Positions 23,182 to 54,735 of a stretch of DNA of 64,000 nucleotides are shown piece by piece. Every line of letters starts with the position of its first letter. The first letter of the stretch is position 1. Under the pieces are notes generated by a model that was not told the DNA's origin, made no database searches, and saw nothing but the letters and a program-made list of their open reading frames with translations. Position numbers and translations under genes: made by a program. Origin of the DNA: the human T2T-CHM13v2.0 reference genome, Homo sapiens; assembly GCF_009914755.1 (NCBI RefSeq), contig NC_060925.1. One strand, given 5' to 3'.

Positions 23182-23565
23182 TGTTACGTGCTGAGTTGTG
23201 TACCCCCAAAACTCATATGTTGAAGGTCTAACCCCCGGTACCTTCAAAGGTGGCTGTATTTGGAGATGAGCTATTTAAGTAGGCAAGTAAATTAAAGTAG
23301 GCCCTGGTCCATTAGGACTGGTGTCCTTATAGAGAGAAGATGAGGACACAGATGCACAGAGGGACGACCGAGTGAGGACACAGGGAGAAGAAGGCATCTA
23401 CAAGCCAAGCTCAAGAGAGGCCTTGTGGGGAACCAGCCCTGCCAACACCTTGATCTTGGACTTCCAGCCTCCAGGACTGCAAAAAATTTCTTTTCTGTCA
23501 TTGAAGCCTCTCAGTCGGTTAGTTTGTTGGTTAGCTTGTTATGGTAGCCCCAGCAAACTAAGACA
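23182..23565 (+). mobile_element. MLT1B-like LTR
   Basis: TG start, cttgatcttggacttccagcctccaggactg, ends aaactaagaca. Confidence 0.85.
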
Positions 23566-23889
23566 GTATCCTTGACACTTCTATTCCACTTCCAGTCTAA
23601 TCACCAAACTAAGTAAATTCTGCGTAGTGCATCAGAGGACCTAACAATTCACAGGGGAATTTGATTTTTCAGGTGAGAAAACTTTCTTGTCCACTGAAAC
23701 CGTAACTAAGCTTTGATTTCCAAAGTTCTCCTTATGGTCATCAAGGCCTTTTGCTTACCAAAGTCCTCCAGTGTAGAGAATAGAGGGAGAGAATCTCTCC
23801 TCAAGTTTCTAAAAACAGAGGATATTAAACTAAACTATTATTTCTGCTCAAATCATTTAATTTTTATTACTTTTCCATTGTCAACATTC

Positions 23890-24350
23890 TCTAGCCAAAG
23901 ACCACCAGGAGCACACTTATAGCCAAACAAAATTGAGGTTTTTTACTCGTTTCATGAAACCATAAACCACAGGTAACCATGAGGAGGTCTCAATAATATC
24001 GAGAAGGACTTATAATGTCTGGGCTTGAGTTGGGTGATTCAGGGGAGGATCCAGGATGCTGTCAGGAAGAAGGGGATGATTCTGTGCTTGGCTATCTTAA
24101 TAATTCTCACCTAAAAGGCTAAAAGAACCGTGTGAGGCTAAAGCCACTGTTGGCAGAAAAGCAGCCATCACTGACATCAGCCAGGATAGGCGATGAGGGA
24201 TCATTTTTTTGTTTCAATCTTCTTGCTTTGGTCTGAGCAGACAAAATTGCAGGCAGAGTGGTCTTATTTTGGTCTTGATCTGGTGCCATCATGCATGCTC
24301 TTGTCTGAGTTGGTGTTTGTGAGATCGTCCCTGTTCAGTGGGACACAAGG
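23890..24350 (-). mobile_element. Probable ERVL-class LTR (MER76/MER74-like)
   Basis: aaagaccaccaggagcacacttatag...gaggtttttactc resembles recalled ERVL LTR ends. Confidence 0.45.
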
Positions 24351-25015
24351 CCAGCCGTGAGGGCCAGCCCTGCTCTCTTCCCACTCCTCTATGTACTTAT
24401 CAGTCACGTAACACAACGTGCTCTATGGTGTAGAAGCATGGGGTCATTTACAGGGGCAGCCCCAGCATCCTCCCTCACCTCCCAGGCCCCCTGCCCAGGC
24501 TGGCTTCACTCCACAGCCCTGCACCCCACAATGTGCTGTGAATTTGTTGACGTGTGGTTTGTTGATGTCAGCAGGCTCCATGAGGGCAGGGCCGTGTCAG
24601 CAGCATACCTTGTTTTATTTATCTTCACTCAATTGTACTTCAGATATTGCATTTTTTTTTTAAATTGAAGGTCTGTGGCAACTGTGTATCGAGCAAGTCT
24701 ATCAGCACCGTTTTTCCAGCGGCATGTGCTCACTTTGAGTCTCTGTGCCACATTTTCAGAATTCTCACAATATTTCAAACTCTTTCTTATTATTATATCG
24801 CTGAGGTGACCTGTGCTCGGTGATCTTTCATGTTACTATTCGAATTGTTTGGGGGCACCACAAACAGTGCCCATATAAGACAGCAAATTTAACTGATAAA
24901 AATATGTGTTCTGACTGCTCCATCAACTGGCCGTTCCCCCATCTCTCCCTCTCCTTGGGCCTCCTCATTCCCTGAGACAAACAATATTGAAATTAGGCCA
25001 ATTAATAACCCTACA

Positions 25016-26950
<1,935 letters not shown>

Positions 26951-27019
26951 GAAAGAGTCATTTGATGCAGCAAACCTCATCATTGTCTTATTTTTTTTTT
27001 AATTGTGAATGGTAAGAAA

Positions 27020-36745
<9,726 letters not shown>

Positions 36746-36900
36746 TTTTTTAAGGAATTGCCACAACTACCCCAAACTTTAGCAACTACCACCCTGATAG
36801 TCAGCAGCCATCAACATCAAGGTAAGAACTTCCACCAGCAAAAAGATTATGACTTGTCAAAGGCTTAGATGCTCATTGACATTTTTTAGCAATAAAATAT

Positions 36901-37134
36901 TCTTTTTTTTTTTTGAGATGGAGTTTTGCTCTTGTTGCTCAGCTTACTGCAACCTCCACCACCCCGGTTCAAGTGATTCTCCTGCCTCAGCCTCCTGAGT
37001 AGCTGGGATTACAGGCATGTGCCACCACGCCCAGCAAATTTTGTATTTTTAGTAGAGACGGGGTTTCTCCATGTTGGTCAAGCTGGTCTCGAACTCCTGG
37101 CCTCAGGTGATCCACCTGCCTCGGCCTCCCAAAG
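36901..37134 (-). mobile_element. Deleted AluS inside the Tigger1 3' end
   Basis: Reverse Alu lacking its 5' end and part of the right arm. Confidence 0.85.
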
Positions 37135-37359
37135 GGAAACCAATTTGTGTGACTCACTTTATTGCAATATTCACTTTATTGCAGTGGTCTGAAACTGAAT
37201 CTGTAATATTTCTGTGGTATGCCTGTATTTTTTCATTGATGTATCTTTATCACCGGGAACACAATATGTGCTCAATAAATATTTGCTGGCAATGCTCAGC
37301 ATTAATTAAAGAACATGTTTTCTGTGTGATACATATGTACCTGGCCAAATAACATCTGA

Positions 37360-37682
<323 letters not shown>

Positions 37683-37747
37683 TAGTGGAATATTTCAATG
37701 TCTTGATTCTCAGGACCACTTTTCCAAAAGATAATTAAGAGTAGCTT

Positions 37748-38228
37748 CATCCATCCAACCACACACTCACTCATTATCCACAACCCATCCATCCATTTAT
37801 CCACTCCATCTTTCGCCATCCATCCACCCATTTTATCTACCATTCATCCACCTACCCACCCATCCATTTACCCATACACCCATCATCCACCCATCATACA
37901 CCCACCATCTATCCATCCATCCACCCACCCATCCATCCACCCATCCATCCATCTGCCCATCATCCATGCATCCATTCATCCATCCACTCACCTATCATTC
38001 ATCCATCCATCCATCCATATGCCCATCATCCACGCATTCATCCATCCATCCACTCATCCATCCATCCACTCATCCATCCACCCACCCACCCATCCATCCA
38101 CCCACTCATTCAGCCACTCATCCATTCAGACATCCATCCATCCATCCACCCATCATCCATGCATCCATTCATCCATCCACCCACCTATCACCCATCCATC
38201 CATCCATCCATCCATCCATCCATCCACA
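37748..38228. repeat. Degenerate (CCAT)n/(CCAC)n tetranucleotide array, ~480 bp
   Basis: Direct reading. Confidence 0.95.
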
Positions 38229-38639
38229 ACTTTTATTTCATTGTATATAATTCTCATTTGGAAAGGGACCAAAAGGGAACATCTTTGGAAAGTTTTCCAA
38301 AGGTAAATTTTCCTTTCTTGTTTCTTCCTTGTCCATTTGTCTGTGTCCTTGGTAGTCAACATGTAACCACAGGGCAGCCTTGGTAGGTACTTTGCTAACC
38401 AACATCTGGGTCGAGCCCATGGGTCTGGGAGGTGGACAATGGCGGCCCAAACGGAGGTTTCATGCCAGCCTCAGGGAGTATGGGATACTTCCTCCCAGGA
38501 AGGACAGGAGATGGCCCCGGTGTAGGCCGGCCTTAAGACAGGACAAGGCAGGGAACCGCGACTCGGGATCCTTAAGGTTACCTCCAGCACAACCCACCCA
38601 GCCTCCACTCCTGCTGCCTAGAATTCTACTGAGCCTGGA

Positions 38640-39290
38640 TAGAGACGGGGCCGGGGAGGGGAGCGAGGTGAGGACAGCCCAGGGCTGGGCGGGGTCTGGC
38701 AAGGTGAAGCAGGTGAGGCGGGGCGTGACTTGAGAGGGCATGGCATGGGCCAGAGGGGCGGGGCCAAGGAGTGGGCGTGGCAAGGGAAGAATGGGCATGG
38801 CCTAGGGTGGTGAGCAGAGCTAGAGGGCGTGGTCAAGTCTGGGCGGGACTAGGACGATGTGGGGCAGAGCCAGGAAAGGTGAGGTGGGGAAATCAGGAAG
38901 GGCGAGGCCAGCAGAGGCAAGGAGGGGCTTATCGGGCCAGAGGCCCAGGTGGTGGTGGGGGGGTGGGGTGGGGGGGGGCGGGTGGGAGGTGGAGGTCGGA
39001 ACCCTGGGCCGGTGTGGCCCTTGTGGGGCCCCAGTTTCTTGCTCCATCCCTGTAGTCAAAGGATCTTGCCTCTCCGACGCATCGGAAGTCAGCTGCACCG
39101 CACCTGTTCCCAGGTGTAAGGTATCCCAGGTACCCAGGTGTAAGGTATCCCAGGTACCCAGGTGTAAACCTCCATGTGGATCTGTGCCCTACCCGGTAGC
39201 AGGACTTTGACGTCGGGAAGGTCTGACACAAATTGCTCCCTGCCCACTCTGAGTCTCCCCGGGAGGGGGGAGGGCCTCAAAACCCCCGGC
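38640..39290. promoter_or_regulatory. GC-rich, SP/KLF-box-dense promoter-like island
   Basis: Six same-strand GGGCG(G/T)G boxes in 38687-38848, retained CpGs, ETS CGGAAGT (39083), CRE-like TGACGTC (~39208). Confidence 0.6.
39109..39167. repeat. 24-bp tandem repeat x2.5 (cccaggtgtaaggtatcccaggta)
   Basis: Direct reading. Confidence 0.9.
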
Positions 39291-39856
39291 TGTCTCCTGC
39301 TATCAGCACTGCTGGCTCCAAACCCATCTCGGCCCAGGCTGAGGGAACAGATGACGACTTTATTCCAAGTGACATAAATTATTAATACTTATAAATTGGA
39401 ACAGAGAAAAATATTTGTCATTTCTAAATAGCTTTATCCAACTCGGACAGGAATGCTTAATATATTATTCAAGCTAGTGTTAATTTTAAGTAACCCACAT
39501 CTGTAACTGTAACACATTATTTTGAATGAGTAGTACTTGCTTTCTGAACGATGTAGACCAATCAGTCTCCGTGGTACATTTTTCATTAAAAGGCAGCTCA
39601 CAGATGAGCTTACGGGAGCGGGTTCTGCCAGGTGGAAGTGAAACCGATGGCTCACAAAGGAGCCATTAGCAGTTGCCAAAGAATGAATTAAGTCATCAAG
39701 ACCTTGGCATTATCCCAGAACATAATTTTCCTTGCCTTTCAGTCTTTCTCTCACTTTCTGCTTCAGTTTTCTAATTGGCACCGCCATTACATTACACAGC
39801 AACTCTCCGACTGCTTGTTTTTGGTCAGAAAATAATCAGAGGGGAAAAAAAAGCTC

Positions 39857-40862
<1,006 letters not shown>

Positions 40863-41929
40863 GATTAAATCTTTTTTTAATGCAGCGATAAATGTATCTG
40901 GAATTTAAAGCAGATTATAAGTGAACTTGGGATATTCATCAGTGAACAGTTTTTAAAACGAAGCCACTTAGACTGATGTTTAATAGGATTGAATTTCAGA
41001 TGGGCTCAAAGGCAAAAGTGACCACAGCAGCACAAGGAGCTCTTTCCAAAGACCAAAGTGCATTTGTGAAAGATGTTACGGGTCTTGGCCTGGCTCTTGC
41101 CTAAGTGGTCTAAGATTTTAGAGGACCAGACTAGGAACTGAGCACATTCAACAGCTTCACGTTGAACACTTGCTTCTCTCCATCAAGTGAACCAAAACAA
41201 CCCAAATCTCGGATTGATTCATTTCGTTGTTGGGCCACACTTAAGTTTATCTTTAACTTTTACCTCTCAGTTTATGGCTTCCACATCTGTCTCTCTAATC
41301 CTCTTTTCCACCTAAGCTGTGTTTCCAGCCACACATTCATTTTCACATAAATGGCACTTTCTGCTGAAATGCAACAATTCCAAAACAGCACTGAGCATTT
41401 TCTTCCTTCCTCCTCCCCATCCCTCAGACTGGCTCTGCCTGCATGTCCCCACTCCCACCCCACCCCATCAGGACCCCTGTTCCCCCAGAGTCCAGGTTCA
41501 ACCTCTGATGCGTCATCTGTGAGTCACTGCCAACGCTCATTCACTAATAAGGTCAGTAGTATAACTTTTTCCGGAAAATGTCTGTACCTTTCTTTTCATT
41601 CCTTCTCCCTTTTCAGTGCTGTCTCTACTCCAAGGTTTCCATTGTCTGCAGGAGCCAACTTGAAGCCCTGGCTGCTGAAAATCCTCTGGCCATCTCATCA
41701 AAGACACAATGTCTAAGACGAAGGAGGTTAAAATTCTGTGCTCCTACTTCGTCAGACCACACGACAAGTGTGAGATTTCATCAGAACTTCTGACAAACCC
41801 AGTTGTGTCCAGATGGAAACCATCACTTAGATTAAGGAATACTTGAGTCAACCAAGAACAATTAGCTGTGGGATGGTTGGAGGAACACAGGGGCTGACTG
41901 TGAACATTTTGAGAGTTGTCTTGTGGATG

Positions 41930-42150
41930 TGAGTAGATCCATGGGGCTCTGGACAGACTTTCTGGCTGAGAATCCTGCCCTGCCTCCAACCAACTATGGG
42001 CTCTTAGCCAAGTTACTTCCCTCTGCTTCTTGATTTCTTCACCAGCAGATTGTGGATAATAAGAGTATGCGCATAACTCCTCGAGGGCTGGTGTGGGGTT
42101 AGGGTGCTCATAAAGGGAAACGCTCAACATATATTAGCTGTGACAATAAT
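41930..42150 (+). mobile_element. MIR relic
   Basis: ggctctggacagac...gaatcctgccctgcc...ttagccaagttacttccctctg. Confidence 0.65.
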
Positions 42151-42225
42151 GGCAGTGGACTTTTTGATGAAGAAAAAAAAAAGGCCCAGAGAGGACAAAT
42201 GAAAAAGTGTAACAAAGTAGAATTT

Positions 42226-43230
<1,005 letters not shown>

Positions 43231-43539
43231 TTAAGCTCTCTTTAAAAATAGAGCCCCTCTTCCCTCCATTAAGAGTGGAATGAAAATAATAAAAACAAAA
43301 TCAACCACAAGAATTATTTTCTTAAGTGCCCTAAAAAGTCTCCTCAGCTTCTTCACATTCTAAGCCTTTCTCTTGACTTAACTGCCGTGGGCTAAGAGTC
43401 AGGTTTTTCTCCGTCCTTGCAAGTGACCTCAGAAGTGCCTACCCTCTCCCTAAGGGCCATGGACAGAGGGAAGCAAATACCAGCCCAGGTGGCTCTTCTG
43501 TCTTCATGGTGAAAATTTAGGAAGCCCTATAATAGGAAT

Positions 43540-45080
<1,541 letters not shown>

Positions 45081-45249
45081 CACGTGCCAGCCCTCTGCCT
45101 GGTGAAGTTCCACCCATCCCTCAAGATTCAGGGCTGGGAGGACCGGCCAGCGGCCTCCCTGGACCCCTACCTTGCCCTGCAGTAGCTGTAGCTCCGTTGT
45201 GCCTGACAGCAGCGCTGCAGAACGCTTGTCACTGCGTGGTCAGGGTCGG

Positions 45250-46070
45250 TGCATGAATTTCCTGTTGCTGCTGTAGTAAGTTACTATACTACAGACCTGG
45301 TGGCTTCAAACAACACGATCTTATTCTCTTACCATCCTGGAGGTCAGGAGTCTGAAATGGGCCTCACTGAGCTAAGATCGAGCGGTCACCTGGGCTTCCT
45401 TCCCTTTGGAGGCTCCAGGGGAGCATCAGTGTTCTTCCCTTTTCCAGTTTCTAGGGGCCACCTGCATTCGTGGGCTCTTGGCCCTGCCTCCATCTGCAAA
45501 GCTTGCGATACAGCATCTTCAAGTCTCTCTCTGACTCTGACACTTGTTCTTCCTCATGCATGTTTTTTTTTTTTTTTTTTTTTTGAGACGGAGTGTCACT
45601 CTGTCATCCAGGCTGGAGAGTGCAGTGGCGCAATCTCAGCTCACTGGAACCTCCACCTCCAAGGTTCAAGTGATTCTCCTGCCTCAGCCTCCTGAGTAGC
45701 TGGGATTACGGGCACCCTGCCACCACGCCTGGCTAATTTTTGTATTTTTAGTAGAGGTGGGGAGGCGGGATATTGCCATGTTGCCCAGACTGGTCTCAAA
45801 CTCCTGAACTCAAGCAATTCAGCGGCCTCAGTCTCCCAAAGTGCTGGGATTACAGCTGTGAGCCACCTCGCCCGGCCCCACCTTTGTCTTTCACTTAAAG
45901 GGACCCTTGTGATTACACCAGGCCCACCCAGATAATCCAGGGAACTCTCCCATCTCAACGTCCTTAACTTAATCACATCTGAAAAGTCCTTTTTGCCATG
46001 AAAGGTAAAATATTCACAGTTTTTGGGGCATAGGACACGGACATCTTTAGAGGTTGTTATTCTGCCTGCG
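45250..46070 (-). mobile_element. MLT1C-like LTR with inserted Alu (45563-45878)
   Basis: gggacccttgtgattacaccaggcccacccagataatccaggg...ccttaacttaatcacatctg. Confidence 0.85.
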
Positions 46071-46321
46071 TTGTTTGGTTTAGTATTAATACTTGTGAAA
46101 TCTCAGAGAAGAGGCTATGCTTTCTTTATCTTCATGCTCCTAGCTCGTAGCACAAGGAGCTTAGTAAGTTTTTGTGGGCTGAATAAAGTGATAATGAATG
46201 TTATTAAATGTCTATACTATGCTTATTTACTTTTTCTCTCTTTTGGACAGTTTGTCAAGATTTTGCAATCCTTGAACACAGAGACTGGCTCATAGTAGGA
46301 ACAAAATATTAAGGGGATTTA

Positions 46322-48545
<2,224 letters not shown>

Positions 48546-49779
48546 TTAGGGAACAGAGTGATTCAAAGCTGCTGTGCTTAGTGCAGGAGAAAATTCTCAG
48601 GACTGAAAATCTCAGTAAAAGGAAGATGAGGAGTGCAGGCTTGTTTTAAAATCAGTAAATTGTCAATTATTAATTGACAGATAACTACCATCTGACGTGA
48701 TGGAAACTGAAAAATCCTCCTTCAAAATAAGAGCCAAACAAGAGCTTGAATTGCCCAATCTCAACTTTTTACTCAAAAATCGCTAAAGTTCATTCAGGAA
48801 TTTCATTTTGTAACTGAAATAAAAGAGTTGGATATGCTTCATGGGATCTGTGTATATTGAAAAAGCAGTTTTATGAATTATTGATAAAACTCTATTTGAG
48901 TGATTTTCACTTCCAAATTACATGAGGTTTCTGCTTCTACATTTTCTTAGTCCCGGCATATTTGAGGATATGCGTCAAGCCATTATGGTACAAAGTCTGG
49001 GTTCTCTCCATTTTCCAAGCCAGTGCTGGATATGCTAAACCCTAGATGCAACATGCACCTTTATATCAGTACTTGAGATAAATGACAGTCTGTGTTTCTG
49101 TCATCAGACAAGATAACAGAAGTAAAGGGAGCAAATGCCACATCTCCCTTTCAAATGAAAATGCTCCTGAAAATGCTTCCCAAGGAAAATATTATCAGTG
49201 TAGAGTAGAATTGTTTTCTAGGTGTTATTTGAACTTCAATATCTCAGTTAAGCTCAAAAACTGTGTTTTCATTTTTTCTGTAATTAGATACTTGAGTTCT
49301 CAAAAGTGATATTGCAGATAAGTGGGGAAGGGATGTTTATCCATGAAAAAAAAAAAAAGTGTCCCTACCTCACACCAAACATAAAAATCAGTTCTAGATG
49401 GATTAATTAAGACAGAGGTTAAAACTTCATCAAATTAAACCTAAACCCAGATGGCTTTACAGGTGATTTCTACCAAACATTCATGTAACTGAGCATTAAT
49501 CTTATAATATTGAAGTATAAATTATAGGCTTTGAATACAATTTTAATATTTGTGTGTGTATGTGTGTGTTGTTCTTAGTGGAAAATGAAATGTTCCTGAG
49601 GAAGTCTTTAAGAAGTTTTAAAATGTTATTCCATATAGGTTTAGAAAAATAAATTATTTTATTATGTAAAAATTTTTATAATATAGTCACTGTAATATCT
49701 GATAAGATTTTCTGTGCCAGATGCTAGACTTTTTTCAATTTTTCTTTGACAATTAGGTTCATCAGAACCTGTATATTGA

Positions 49780-50111
<332 letters not shown>

Positions 50112-51299
50112 TAAAATTATATTTGAGTCATTTTCACTTCCAAATTACATGAGATTTCTGTTTCTACATTTTCTTTGTCTTGGCATATTTGATGATGTGC
50201 ATTGAGTCATTATATAGCTTCTAAGAATCTGTTTACTTTTTACTATGTTAACAATGAGTTCTTGGGGATATTCCTGTTTGAAAATCACTGTACGTGTAGT
50301 AAATCTATTTCTGGGATCTCCATTCCCATTCCATTGGTCAACTTCTTTTTCCTTCTGCTGATACCACACTTTGTAAATTACTACATCTTTTAATGCTTGT
50401 TTATCTGGTAGGGAAAGTCCCTGTATCCTATTCTTGTTTAGGAATGACTGGGCTATTCTTCACCCTTTGCTTGTTTATATAAATTTTAAAGATTTTAGAG
50501 TCATATTGTCAAGTTCCTTGAAAATCCCTGTTGAGACATTTATTGAAACTGTACTGACTCTATAAATCAATTTGGAGAGAAAGATATCTTTACAATATGG
50601 AGGCTTTCTATCCATGAACATATTATGTCTCTCCATTTTTTAGGTCTTCTTTAATGTCTTTCATTAATGTTTCATAATTTTTTTTTGAGACAGAGTTATG
50701 CTCAGCCTGTTGCCCAGGCTGGAGTGCAATGGTGCGATCTTGGCTCACCACAACCTCCACCGCCCAGGTTCAAGCAATTCTCTTGCCTCAACCTCCTGAG
50801 TAGCTGGGATTACAGGCACCCGCCACCACGCCCGGCTAATTTTTGTATTTTTAGTAGAGATGGGGTTTCACCATGTTGGCCAGGCTGGTCTCGAACTGCT
50901 GACCTCAGGTGATGCACCCACCTCAGCCTCCCAAAGTGCTGGGATTACAGGCATTAGCCACCGTGCCCGACCATGTTTCATAATCTTTATATATGTCGCA
51001 TCCTTCTTTTGGTAGAGCATTCCTAGGTACCTTCTGGTTTTGTTGTTACTATGCATTGTTGCTAATAGGTTACAAGTCAACTGATTAATGTACATTAATA
51101 TTATGACCAACCATCTTGATAAACTTCTCTTGTTATTTCTAGTATTCTACAGATTTAGGGTTGTCCATGTATACAACCATGCCATCTGCAAATAAGAATG
51201 GTTTTGTTTCTTCCTTTGGAATCTTCAAAATTTAAATTTCTTTTTTCTTGTCATAAGTTACTGTCTAGAAACGCCAATACATGTAAAATATAAGTGGCG

Positions 51300-52415
<1,116 letters not shown>

Positions 52416-54599
52416 GCGATCGTGACCATCTTTATCCTGTTTCAGCTCATAAGTAAAACACTTTCAACATTTTCTCATTAAGAATAATGTTTACTTTGAG
52501 TCGATGCAGTTAGGTGTTTTAAAAAAATAAAATAATAATGTTTACTAATTTTTTTCTTTAGATATCCCTTATCAGTTAAGGAAGTTCTTATCTAGTCCTT
52601 TTTATTTTTTGAGACAAGGTCTCACTCTGATGCCCAGGCTGGAGTGCAGTGGCGTGATCATGACTCACTGCAGCCTCAACCTTCCCAGGCTCAGGTGATC
52701 CTCACACCTCAGCCTCCTGAGTAGCTGGGACTACAGGCACGAACCACTGCACCTGTCTTTATGATCTTTTTTAAACACTGTTAGATTTTGTTTGTGAACT
52801 ATATTAACGTAAGAAGTTATCCCACAATTTAGTGTCTTGAAACAGCAAGCATTTGTTATAACATGTTTTCTCAGGAGTCCAGGAGTGGCTGAGCTATGTA
52901 GTTCTGGCTCAGGGTCTCTCAGGAAGTTGTGGTCAATGTGTTGGTCAGAGCTGAAGTCATCTGGAAGCTTCACGAGGGAAAGACCTGCTTCCAGGCTCAC
53001 TGTGTGACTGTCAACATGTAGGCCTCTCAGATACAGCAATTGGCTTCCTCCAGAGACAGCAATCGCAGAGAGAGCGAGAGTGTACCCAACCCGGAAGCCA
53101 CAGACTTTTTATAACCTGGAATCATCAGATGCAAGTCACTCCATGCTCAAGTGGAGGAAAGCTTAGCTCCACTTCCTGAATGTAGAAATATCAAATGAAT
53201 GGCCAGGCACAATGGCTCACACCTGTAATTCCAGCACTTTGGGAGGCCAAGGCAGGAGAGGATCACTTGAGCTCAGGAGTTCAAGACCAGCCTGGGCAAC
53301 ATAGTGAAACCTCTTCTCTATAAATAATTTAAAAATTAGCCAGGCACAGTGGTGCATGCCTGTATTGCCAGCTACTCAGGAGGCTGAGGTGAGAGGATCA
53401 CCCGAGCCTGGGAGGTGGAAGCTGCAGTGAGCCATGATTGTACCACCACACTTGGCCTGGCGACAGAGCCAGAACTTGTCTCCAAAAAAAGAAAGAAGGA
53501 AAGAAGGAAGGAAGGAAGGAAGCGAGCAAGGTAGGTTAAATAATGTGTGGGCATGAAACACCACATTAATATTTTGTTTTGGCCAGGTGTTGTGGCTCAC
53601 GCCTGTAATCTCAATACTTTGGGAGGCCAAGCCAGGTGGATTACCTGAGGTCAGGAGTTCGAGACTGGCCTGGCCAACATGGCAAAAACCCCATCTCTAC
53701 TAAAAATACAAAAATTAGCCAGGCACAGTGGTGGCTGGCGCCTGTAATCCCAGCTACTCAGGAGGCTGAGGCAGAAGAATTGCTTGAACCAGGGAAGTGG
53801 AGGTTGCAATGAGCTCAGATCATGCTACTGCACTCCAACCTGGGCTACAGAGTGAGATTCCATCTCCAAAAAAAAAAAATTGTTTCATGTTTTTGCCTCT
53901 TTTTCTTTTACTGTCCTTGCCTGGTTTTAGTATCAAGGTTACACTGGCCTCACAGAATACCTAGGAGAAGATAAACCACTTTCTTCTATTCTCTGGAAGA
54001 GTTTTTATAAAATAGGAATGATCCACTCCATGAAAGTTTAAGAGAACTTACCTGGAAAGTCATCCAGGTCTAAGTTTAATTTGACAAAGATTTTTACTTC
54101 TGTTTCAATTTCCCTAATCATTTTATGACTATCCATACATTTTCTTTCTTCTTAAGTCAGTTTTGGTAAGTTACGTTTTTTCTAGGGAATTGGTCATTTT
54201 GTCTGAGTTTTCAAATGTATTGGCAAAAACCTGTTCATAGTAGTCTGTTATCGCATGGTAAGCTTTCATTCTACATAGATTAAGTAATGGAGCTTGGATG
54301 TGAAGCAGGCTATTGGAAGACTACTGCAGTAATCCAGGCCAGAAATAACACAGGCATGAATTAGGACAGTGAGAGTAGGATGTGAAGAATGGATTGGATT
54401 CTAGAAATACACACTGGGATTTGTTGTTTCATTAAATGTGGGTGGTGAAAGAGAGGAAAGAGTCAAAAGGTACTAATCTGATGTCTGCCTTGGAGAGGAG
54501 GTGGAAGGAGCTGCTTTATGGAGGAAAATGTTAGCATTTACTGTAAAGGTTTCCATTCATTGAGGTGTTCTATGGATCAGGCACTGTGCTACTTGCTTT

Positions 54600-54692
54600 A
54601 TATGTATACATGTATATGCTATATACATATGTATGTATGTAAATATATACATACAGCTGCTATATACTTGGATGTGTATATATATTCATCTA

Positions 54693-54729
<37 letters not shown>

Positions 54730-54735
54730 TTATAT
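54600..54735. repeat. (TG)n(TA)n microsatellite within a MIR relic
   Basis: Direct reading; flanking cattttacaaatgaggaaac is the MIR core. Confidence 0.85.

Noticed and set aside
37966-38386. HPSI-repeat ORFs
   Set aside because: Translation of the (CCAT)n array.
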